From NCBI GenBank assembly GCA_010909165.1, contig MU008171.1:1-64000 (forward strand): DNA of 64,000 bases, in the 5' to 3' direction. The notes under the pieces were generated by a model. That model saw only the letters and a program-made list of their open reading frames with translations. It searched no databases and was not told the origin of the DNA. The stretch comes from Anthoceros angustus (lineage: Eukaryota > Plantae > Anthocerotophyta). Below are positions 23,660 through 33,500 of the stretch, in pieces (positions within the stretch are counted from its first letter, which is position 1; every line of letters starts with the position of its first letter). A program made the position numbers and the translations under genes.

Positions 23660-24414
23660 GCCATGTCGCACTGCAAGCATCATAGTTGCCGACGCAAGAA
23701 CTTGACTTGAAAGAAAAATCAAAATTGAAGCCTGGAGCTCCTTCCTCCTAGAGGTGCGACTATATAATCAAGATGGGCCTACACCACTATGCAGAGACTC
23801 AATGTCGCATCACAATAGCAAAATACGGTTCTACCACCGGCGGTGGGCACGCTTAATACTTCCAACTTGCAAGGGGAGCCAATGTGGATGAGTATCGTTG
23901 TCTTCGTATCGTTGGAAGCTCCCAAGACAAACATCAACAATATTGTTGAACTGGTTGGCGTGATAGTGATGTAATTAACTTGATATGATTGTTGAGCCAT
24001 GGAAATATTACATGTATATATAGAAGTTGGTGTCCTTGGTTCTCGACGAAGTAAATTCTATCACACTCACTTGGATTAAAGAGGAGAACCTAACAGTGTC
24101 CTTGGTTCTCGACGAAGTAAATATTCTATCACACTTACTTGAACGAAAGAGGAGAGCCTGACAGTATCTTTGGTTCTCGACAAAGTTACTTGAACGAAAG
24201 AGGGAGAACCTGACAGTGTCCTTGGTTCTCGATGAAGTCACACTTACTTGAACCAAAGAGGGAGAAACCTGACAGGGTCCTCGGTTTTCGTGCTCACTTA
24301 GTTAGTTAGGCACGGGCTTGGATCGCTGTTAGCCACGGGCTTGGGTCGCCCTATATATCTTGAACGACAAGGTGGAGGAGAAGTGAGCGATGAGCGGATA
24401 GCCTTGCGTGACGA

Positions 24415-25040
24415 GTGATGCTGCAGACCCTTTCTTTGCCGAATCCCTCTTCTGCACTGTCCTGAAGAACTGTGCGGTCAGCAACGATCTTGTGGTGGGT
24501 GGCCGCGTCTTTCCTCTTACAGTGAGACAGGTGTGTGAATCAGACACGAGCCTGTGCAACCATATCTTGCCGATGGACGCTTCTCATGGCAAGTTGCAAC
24601 ACATGATGCATGTGTGTGAGTGAAGCTGCTTCCCCTGCTGCAGAAATCCGACAGCAGCACATGCCTGAAGAAGGCAAACAAAGGGGATGCCCTCTGATTG
24701 CATACTCGCATACAGAGCCTGGGCTTCTATACGTCCGAGCCTTTGCTGAGTATATCCATCAATCAGGGGGGCAGTCCATGTGACCCATCCTCACCAACAT
24801 CGAGCACCTTGCAAGCCTCATTCAAGCCTCCACACTTTGGCGTCCATGTTCACCAGGCGATTCATGAGAAGGATATCCGCGTTATCCGCACTAGCCTTAA
24901 TACTTAGATCTTCTTCCTTGTCTATGACTGTGTGTTCTGTGCAGAGGCATACGCTTTGAGGACTGCACGCATACATGTTACCTTGCTTCACACCCCATGC
25001 TCTCAAAGTCACTGTGAAGGATGAAGCCGGGGGCTGCCAC
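24415..25040. pseudogene. Second copy of the rearranged PPR fragment block
   Basis: 24415-24867 duplicates 12780-13231. Plus strand ESLFCTVLKNCAVSNDLVVGGRV. Minus strand ILLMNRLVNMDAKVWRLE is a decayed S motif. Confidence 0.8.
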
Positions 25041-25304
25041 AAAGACTTTGATGGGCTTCTCCCAGGCTGACTTACGGTAGATGGTTTCAGGCCGCTTTCG
25101 CTTTTTTTTCAGGCTTTGTACTTTATTCAGTATAGAGTCACACAACAGAAAGCCTCTGACATGTATTTATGTATTTGGCAACCATGTTGGACTCTCTTCG
25201 TGTCTTTCGCCATGGGTAATGAAACAACTTATACACTACCCTTGAGGGCAGGGTGGTGATGCCAATCACCAGGGCATCCTCCCATAGAAAGCAGTCCTTA
25301 CACG

Positions 25305-28292
25305 ATGGCCACAGTCTGGAAAGCGGACCCGTTGTGGACCCAACAGATTGGTGGAGCTCCTGCTCACCTCGTATCCATAGGGAGTCAACCGCTAGGAAAC
25401 AACCAAGCCTCCAAGTGCAGGCGTGTAAGGAGCCCAGCACTACCGCTTCCGATAAAATTTGTGGGTGGGGACGGAATTTGCAGCGATGGTCCTCGCCAGG
25501 AGCAGGATCACTTGTGGCAACAACTTTTTCTGGACCCTACTATGTGGTGGGACAACAGACGAGATAAGAAGAGCTCCCGTTCGCCTGATTTCCGGCATAA
25601 GGGGTCCGGCGAGGTCCTGTGGTTAAGCAGCATGCTCAAGCCACCTTGGGTTGATGAGCAGCTCAGCTCTTTGGATATGCAGATGGGTCATGGTGCCTCT
25701 CCTTCCAAGTCGAGCTCTCCGGATGAGCCTGAACCTGGCAGGCCTGCAGGATCGGAAATGGGCGTCGTAACGGCTGTAACCGTGAGCACATTATGTCAGC
25801 GGGGGAAGCTGACTGAGGCAGTTGGAGCCCTGGAATCTCTGGCGCAGGCAGACTCTGGTATTTCTCAGTCTCTGTTTTACACTGTGCTAAAACTGTGTGC
25901 AGCCAAGAAGGATCTAGTTTTGGGGCGACGAGTTCATGACCTTATTGTCAAACTTGGGCACGAGTCGGATGCATTCTTGGGGAACCATATCTTGCGCTTG
26001 TATGCATGTGAAGGTAGGTTGCAGGAGGCCTTGGATGTGTTCACCAGGGTAGGAAAACCAAATGCCTTCATGTGGTTTTCCTTAATCTCTGCACATGCCA
26101 AGCATGGGAAACCTACTGAGGCCATACAACTGTACCATGACATGCGTAGGTCAGGAGTGAAGGCGGATGCTCACGTCTTCGTTGCTGCCCTTCAAGCTTG
26201 TGCATTTGCCGCCGACTTGGAATCTGGCAGAGAGGTGCACTTTGATGTGTTACGAAGTGGGATTCCTCCCAACTTGTTTGTTGGAAACTGCCTGGTGGAC
26301 ATGTATGCAAAATGTGGCGAACTGGAAGATGCACGCCGGGCGTTTGACAGCTTGACCACAAAGGATGTGGTGACATGGACGGCCCTGATTGGTGGGTATG
26401 CACAGCAAGGGCTTGGCCAAGAGGCGCTTGTACTGTATGGACACATGGAGCAAGACGGCCTCATTTTGGCTGACCGTGTTACTTTTGCTTGCCTTTTGAA
26501 GGCCTGTGCAAGCACTGGTGACTTACAGAAAGGCAGGCAGCTGCACTCACGTATCGTGGAAAGAGGACTGCTCCATGACATGCTGGTGGGCAACTGCCTG
26601 GTGGACATGTATGCAAAATGTGGGGAACTCAAAGATGCGCGCCAGGTTTTTGACAGCTTGGGCAGAAAGGATGTCGTGACATGGACGTCCCTGCTTGCTG
26701 GGTATGCAGAGGAAGGGCTCGGCCGAGAGGCACTTGTTCTGTATGAACAAATGGAGCAAGAGGGTCTGATTTTGGCTAACGATGTTACTTTTGCTTGCCT
26801 TCTCAAGGCATGTGCAAGCACTGGTTCCTTACAGAGGGGCAGGCAGCTGCACTCACAGATTGTGGAAAGGGGACTGGTAGATAACATAATGGTTGGCACC
26901 TGCCTGGTGGACATGTATGCAAAATGTGGAGAACTGGACGCTGCACGTGGTGTTTTTGACAGCTTGGCCACCAAAAATGTGGTGTCATGGACGGCCCTTA
27001 TAGGTGGGTATGCAAAATGTGGCCAACTGGATGGTGCACGACAGGTTTTTGACAGGTTGGCTACAAAAAGTGTGGTAACATGGAATGCCCTGATTGCTGG
27101 GTATACAGATCAAGGGCTGGGTCAAGAGGCGCTTCTTCTGTATGGACAAATGGAGCAGGAGGGCCTGATTGTGGCTAACGATGTTACTTTTGCTTGCCTT
27201 CTGAAGGCCTGTGCAAGCACTGGTGCCTTACAGAGAGGCAGGCAGCTGCACTCACAGATTGTCGAAAGGGGACTGTTGGATACCATACTTGTTGGCACCT
27301 GCCTGGTGGACATGTATGCAAAATGTGGCGATCTGGGAATGGCACGCCGGGTGTTTGACAGCTTGGCCACAAAGGATGTGGTGACATGGACGACCCTGAT
27401 ATCTGGGTATGGTGCTTGTGATGAAGGGCACAAGGCACTGGCTTGTTTTGAGGAGATGTTAATTGCTGGTATCCAGCCTAATGATGCTACTTTTACTTGC
27501 CTTTTAGTAGCATGCAGTCATGGAGGACTGGTGGATGAGGGTCGTAAGCACTTTGGGTCCATGGCTGAAGAGCATGGCATCAAACCTACGACTGAGCACT
27601 ACAACTGCATGATTGATCTTCTTGGGCGTGCAGGCCATTTAGATGACGCTGAGAACATGCTACTGTCATGTGAGGGCCAAAGTAATGTCGTGGGATTGAC
27701 ATCTTTGCTGAATTCCTGCAAAAGTCACGGGGATATTGAAAGGGCGACACGATGTTTTGAGAGCCTGATTAGTCTGGAGCCTCAAAGTGCATCCGCATAT
27801 GTGCTCATGGCCAATGCCTATGCAGATGTAGGTAGGTGGACCGACGTAGGGAGGATTGAAAAGCAGAGAATGTCAGCAAGAGCTAATAAGAAACCTGCAG
27901 TGGCAGGTATTGAGGTCAAGGATCAGGTACATACATTTGTAGTGGGAGATAGAAGAGAAGACATTGCGCTCAAGGTAGAGAGCACGAATGCACGTCTGAA
28001 GGAGGAAGGAGGCCACGTACCCCACACAAAGTTGGTGTTGAAGCCACTGGGTGAGAAGGAAAAGGAAGATGCGCTTTGCGGGCATGCCGAGAAGCTAGCT
28101 CTGGCGTTTGGTCTCTTGAATACGCCCAGTGGCACAGCTCTGGTGGTAACCAAGAATCTGCGCATGTGCAGTGACTGCCACAGTTCCACGGCGATCATGT
28201 CTAGGATTGAAAGGAGAGAAATTGTTGTGAGGGATGGGTACCGTGTGCATCGATTTGCAGATGGTTGTTGCAGTTGCAAGGGTCGCCCGTGA
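25305..28292 (+). CDS. PLS-class PPR protein with N-terminal PDF motif and DYW:KP (GRP) deaminase domain, paralog 2. Intact, 995 aa, intronless. Candidate organellar U-to-C RNA editing factor.
   Basis: 18 P/L/S motifs (including one SS and P2-L2-S2), E1, E2, KKPAVAGIEV, CGHAEKLALAFGL, CSDCH, C-terminal GCCSCKGRP*. N-terminal WQQLFLDPTMWWDNRRDKKSSRSPDFRHKGSGEVLWL. Confidence 0.95.
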   Translation: MATVWKADPLWTQQIGGAPAHLVSIGSQPLGNNQASKCRRVRSPALPLPIKFVGGDGICSDGPRQEQDHLWQQLFLDPTMWWDNRRDKKSSRSPDFRHKGSGEVLWLSSMLKPPWVDEQLSSLDMQMGHGASPSKSSSPDEPEPGRPAGSEMGVVTAVTVSTLCQRGKLTEAVGALESLAQADSGISQSLFYTVLKLCAAKKDLVLGRRVHDLIVKLGHESDAFLGNHILRLYACEGRLQEALDVFTRVGKPNAFMWFSLISAHAKHGKPTEAIQLYHDMRRSGVKADAHVFVAALQACAFAADLESGREVHFDVLRSGIPPNLFVGNCLVDMYAKCGELEDARRAFDSLTTKDVVTWTALIGGYAQQGLGQEALVLYGHMEQDGLILADRVTFACLLKACASTGDLQKGRQLHSRIVERGLLHDMLVGNCLVDMYAKCGELKDARQVFDSLGRKDVVTWTSLLAGYAEEGLGREALVLYEQMEQEGLILANDVTFACLLKACASTGSLQRGRQLHSQIVERGLVDNIMVGTCLVDMYAKCGELDAARGVFDSLATKNVVSWTALIGGYAKCGQLDGARQVFDRLATKSVVTWNALIAGYTDQGLGQEALLLYGQMEQEGLIVANDVTFACLLKACASTGALQRGRQLHSQIVERGLLDTILVGTCLVDMYAKCGDLGMARRVFDSLATKDVVTWTTLISGYGACDEGHKALACFEEMLIAGIQPNDATFTCLLVACSHGGLVDEGRKHFGSMAEEHGIKPTTEHYNCMIDLLGRAGHLDDAENMLLSCEGQSNVVGLTSLLNSCKSHGDIERATRCFESLISLEPQSASAYVLMANAYADVGRWTDVGRIEKQRMSARANKKPAVAGIEVKDQVHTFVVGDRREDIALKVESTNARLKEEGGHVPHTKLVLKPLGEKEKEDALCGHAEKLALAFGLLNTPSGTALVVTKNLRMCSDCHSSTAIMSRIERREIVVRDGYRVHRFADGCCSCKGRP

Positions 28293-28641
28293 GATGGAAC
28301 GAGAACGGCTTTTTTCTGTTGAGGAGTGCATGTTCTGCTCAGGTCCATGGCTGTTGAATCCAATGAATCTCCTCCTGTACATAAGTGCTACAGATGTCCC
28401 CGTCTCATGAATCATAGGCACAAGAAGACTGAACAAGGTCTGTAACGAGTTTGGAGGAATGGAGACGTCTAGACCTAGTACCAGTTGCCTGCCGAAAGGC
28501 CCATCAATGCCATTTCCTTCTTATTCCCTGCACCATTCATGCATCGATCTGGGCGGACCTCCGAGAGGATGTACATCAGGTTGTGGTCTACCCGGCTCTT
28601 TTCTGAAAAGCCCAGGGACCGTGAGAAAAAAGCAAGCCTGG

Positions 28642-28797
28642 GTACCGAGGTAGCTCAACCGGGCTCCCCAACCGGGCTGGCTGATCAGTTCACCATCTCG
28701 TGAGGTCAGCATGGTTGGATGTACTGAGGTAGCTCAACCGGGCTTTCCAACCAGGCTGGCTGATCAGTTCACCATCTCGTGAGGTGAGCATGGTTGG
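28642..28797. repeat. Two-copy ~79-bp direct repeat
   Basis: GTAC(C/T)GAGGTAGCTCAACCGGGCT...CATGGTTGG occurs twice. A 31-bp doublet follows at ~28900-28955. Confidence 0.8.
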
Positions 28798-30555
28798 CAA
28801 ACCTGGTTGTGCTGGGAGGAGGCACTTCCATCGATCTATGCTACTACTGAATTTTGTATTACTGAATTTCATACAAAATTCGCACCTTCAATTCGGCTAG
28901 TTTGCTTCAGTTCCAGGCTAGGTCAATTTTGCTTCAGTTCCAGGCTAGGTCAATTTCGAAGTGAGCTCGAACTAGCACACGGACATAATCCATTGTGGCA
29001 ATGAGTTTGCTGACAATCTGTTGACGTAGCAAGTAGTTATTGGGTGCCAATTAGATTTCTCCCAGCTCAGACCCCAAACTATACTCCTATGGATTATTGA
29101 CAATCGGGACGAACAAAAATGAAAAAAATAATGTATGCTATACAATTTATATGAATCATGGGGCGTTCACTTCAGTTCAATTCGAAATTGAAGTGTCCAC
29201 TTGGCGCACAGTTTGATGAATTGAACTACTCAATTGAACGGACATCAGTTTGAGGAAATTGGCACTCCGTAAGGGTCCAAAGATAAAGCATTCAACTCTG
29301 TTACATCTTCCTAATTGGGAGTATTTGTATATATGTACATATCAAAATATTCAAGAGTTATATGCAACGTATCATGGATAACAAGTGCTCATACCACAAA
29401 CCTAAAAGGAGACAGGAGATAAAGCTATTGTGACAATACAACTATGTTTGATACAAATGTCGCACAACACTGTGAATACATTAAAATTGCATTTTGTCTT
29501 AGAGAAGCATATTACCAAACAGCACATAGTCATTGCATCCAAACAGCTAGGTAAAGAAGTATTTATGATTATTATACGTAAAACCATTTGAACTTCAAAT
29601 ATTTCTTACATTTTATTTTTTTAATTTTAGATATATTGGGAACATATGAGAGTAGCTCCCATAGGTTCTCAATTAGGCAGGTAGACTTGCTATGCATACT
29701 ACGAAGACCAAGAGGAAGATTTTCAGATTAGATATAATAAAAAATATTTAAGAATATTGCTCTTCAGCGGGCGCTCTCAACGGCGATTCTCCATAAGGCG
29801 GCGACAGTGGGTGATGCCTTTTCCTCTTCCTCTGTGGTTTGCAGGCCGTTTATTCTACACATATGACATTGTGTGCATTGGTCACTTTAGGTAGGGCTGT
29901 TGCTCTCTTCACTCCGACCCCCGGGTCCCCATTTGTTGTCCCTTCCTAGATGGTCTCTTTCCATCGTTCTTTCACCTCAATAAATCATCTCATCTCTTTA
30001 AGAATGAATGATTTATTAATTCTGATCCTTGTCTATAGGCTGGTCTTCAAACACAAGAGCATTGAGAGTCCACAACTACCTGCTCCCCCATGATTATGCC
30101 TCCTACTATAGGACCATATATATGTTGCAGAATAATATCTACTATAAATAGGATATATTAACCTTATAATGGTTAAGTATTATAAAATATAGGAAGTACT
30201 AACCATATATAGGACAATTAGCTATATAACAGGGAAGTATTATAAAATATAGGAAACACTAAGCATAAATAGGAGCGTTTGCACGGAGACGAAGACGCCC
30301 AGTGACCGAGGGGATTGACAGGCACGGAAGCGCGGAGGACAGGAGCCTGAGGCATTTGCAAACATATCGGGTTCATTGAGGGGCTAGGGTTTGTAGAGAG
30401 AAGGGATACCGGGTAACCGGCAACTCCATGTGTCGTAGGTGCCATCGTGGCACCTAAAGGGTGGGAGCGACCCGCGTGTATGCTGCCAAAGGCCTACATG
30501 ACCTGCCGACGTTCCGAATTGGAGGCTTAAACCCAGAACCCGCGCCTCGCTCGCG

Positions 30556-33500
30556 ATGGGGAAGAGGTCGAAGTTGAACGACGGGGTCTGGCTGGCTGCG
30601 GCGGCTACTGCAGATGATGAAGCAGACTTTCCGAGAGGTACTTTGCCGTTTCCTGGATTAACGCACTATGCTGCCGTTCTGAAATGGCTGCGTAACTCCT
30701 TGCCTGTGCCATGGTTTCAGTGCCAGTTCTTGAATTTCCTGCTGACTCCCGGATTGCAGGTGGTGTTGAAGCAAAGACACCAGGATTTTCCTCGGAGGAG
30801 AGATATAGGAAGCAACCTGCGAACAAACGTAGTCTTGGCTCAAAACATCTTTCCAGTTTTCCCTCTGAGGTCGCTGGATTGCGTTTTGGCTTAGGGGATG
30901 AGGGGGGTCGGCGGAAATCTGTACAAGTACTGCGGTACAAGGTAGTCTGATGTTCGAACAATCTTTCGTGAAGCTGAATCAAAGACCTTCCTTGCTTTGG
31001 AAAAATTGTGAATCCTCCCTCATACTTGTCAGATGGGATGGAGCTAGCATTGGTTGTGCTTTTTATGCAATTGGGATGGATCATACACCTAGGGGAGAAA
31101 CGACTACTACTCTGGCTTCCTTGTGAATCACTTCGGAGTTGTCCTTCTCAGTTTATTCTTGTCTGGGTGCAGAATTTAGCCGTGGGCATGAAAATCCTAG
31201 GAATTATTATGGAGATACGACGGAAGGATATGATTGTTAGCTTGCCAGGTGGTTTGCGAGGCTTTGTTCCAGCCGAGGAGTGCATTGACATTATCTCCAG
31301 AGGACGTCCACCTGATGCTGTCAATACGAGTGGGCTTCCAGAGAGTTCATCGGCCCAGCAACATGATTTGGCAAGTTGGTCATTTTGACCATTTCGACCT
31401 CGATGGTATGATTGAGCAGGGTGCATTTGCCAGGTCTGACTCAGAGTCGTAATTCCTTGCAGGGAAGGCCTGGGTCATTGCCGAAACTCTTTCATGTTGG
31501 GCAAGTGGTGCCATGTACAATAATAAAGCTAGACCTCCACAAGTCAAAGAGGTTCAAGAAAGAGACCAAACGGATAGAGCTCTCTCTCCGGCTTTCACAT
31601 CTCTACAATGGCTTCAGGCCTGACATGCTGCACGAGGGAATGGTGAGGGCTAGTATGTCATTTTTAAATATGTGTTGCAACTGTTTTCAGGGTATACCTG
31701 TTTGTTATCAGAGGCTTGTATACTGTGATTGTCCTTTTGGCTAGTGCCATCCTGAATCACGAAGGACAATATTGCCTGGATCAGCTTCAACCAGGAAAAT
31801 CCTCAACCAGTGCAAGTGTCGTATTGGCTAACCAGGGACATTATTTGCAGGGTATAATTGCGTATGTGAGCAGTGTTGAGGACCATGGCTACCAACTCAG
31901 GGTTGGTGTAGATTCTGTTTCTGGATTTGCACTCCACAGAGATTATGGAGGTGTGCACACTCTATCTACACACACCAGGATGTTGTCTGTAGCCTTTATG
32001 CTGGATGTTCAATGAACTCTGTGCATGACTGATACCTATGGACTTTGCAATCTGACCACTGATAGTTTCCGTTGAAGCAGGTGATGAGGCACAGAGACTT
32101 TGTCCTGGCCAAATGGTGTTTGGAGTGATTTCTGTCGCAGACAGTATGCAGGGGACTTTTGTTTTAAAAGAATATCGCAAATCGCTGTTTCCGTTCGTGG
32201 TATTCTTTCTATTCAGACTGTTTGTTTCAGTGAAAATGTTGCACTTGTGCGTGCTGACAATGGCAAGGATTGTGTGAAACAGCAGAGGCTGTCCATTCTG
32301 TCATTTACCTTTTGCGGCCTGATGTTGTATTGCTGAGGTTCTTTCTCACCTTCTATTGGGTTTATCTTAATTTCCCTGGCTGGGCTAGGTGAAAGAGCAT
32401 GAAGGATTAAGCCTAGAGCACCTTGTACCAGGTTCACTGGTTGAGGCCTGGGTGCAAGCGGTTGCCAGGTCCGGTTTGGTCCTATCTTTTCTGACATTCT
32501 TCAGTGGCACGGTGAGTACTTTTGGAGTGCATTGTACTTTCTAGATAAGGTCAAATTCTGGTTTAAACTGATAATTTATGGTCACTGTGGTTTCTGTTTA
32601 CCAGGTGGATGTTTTCCATCTTGACAATGCCCTCCCAAGTTCGGACTGGAGTGCACATTACTCTGTGAATCAACGCGTTAGTGTCCCTTCACACTCTTTT
32701 TGTCAGTAGTTTCATTGTGTTCATTTCCAAGAAGGAGTTTTTCTGAAAACTTATCTAATTTTGGTACCTGGTAGTAGAGGGGTCATCCGGTCCTCTGTTT
32801 TTTGTTCTCTGATATGCTGGTTACCTCACTTGCAGGTAAGGGCACGTGTTTTGTACATTGATCATAATAAAAAGTGTGTGGGGCTAACTTTGAACAAGCA
32901 TCTTGTTGAAGGAGTACAACCACTCATGGTAAGACCATTATTTTTATGATTTTAGTTAGTTACTCGCTGCTATTTATCCCCTTGCTTGTCGTGGCTGATT
33001 TTTTTATATAACTCCATGGCATCAAGTCTCTGTGGTCATTCCGTGTTTGGTGGATTCCTTGTTGTACCCTGAGGGATGTACAAGCTGTAATGTCTTGGAA
33101 GTTTTGTTAGTCAAGAACATTTTCCAGTCAATTGTAAAACTATGTGTGAATGTGGAGGATATGTCAGCTCTGCAGGATTCCTTGTTGTACCCTGAGGGAT
33201 GTACAAGCTATAATGTCTTGGAGGTTTTGTTAGTCTCAGGAACAGTTTCCAGTCAGTTGTAAAAGTGTGTGTGAATATGGAGGATACGTCAGCTCTGCAG
33301 GAAATCCTCAAGGAACTTTTGATGGCTCTTTAATTCTGCGAGATCTCAGTTGTGGGAGCGATTTAAAATCCTAGACCCTAGTAGCTAATCTTTTGTCATT
33401 CAGTAGGCCCCTTCTATATTATTGTGTGCACTAGCTGTAAGATTACTTGGACAGCTGGAGCTGGAGGGTTGCTTTTACTCCTACGGAGTCGGTGTTTCAA

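Larger units (their letters stand above)
14221..24413. repeat. Tandem array: two ~950-bp units, then ~5 copies of a ~1.79-kb unit
   Basis: The landmark AAAGCACGTGAATTGGCATACT occurs at ~14617, 15566, 17357, 19131, 20948 and 22737. Copies differ mainly by small indels. Confidence 0.92.

Noticed and set aside
26192-27433. Long minus-strand ORFs (260 aa, 103 aa) over the PPR gene
   Set aside because: Antisense shadows of the repetitive PPR coding sequence. The same pattern occurs over paralog 1.
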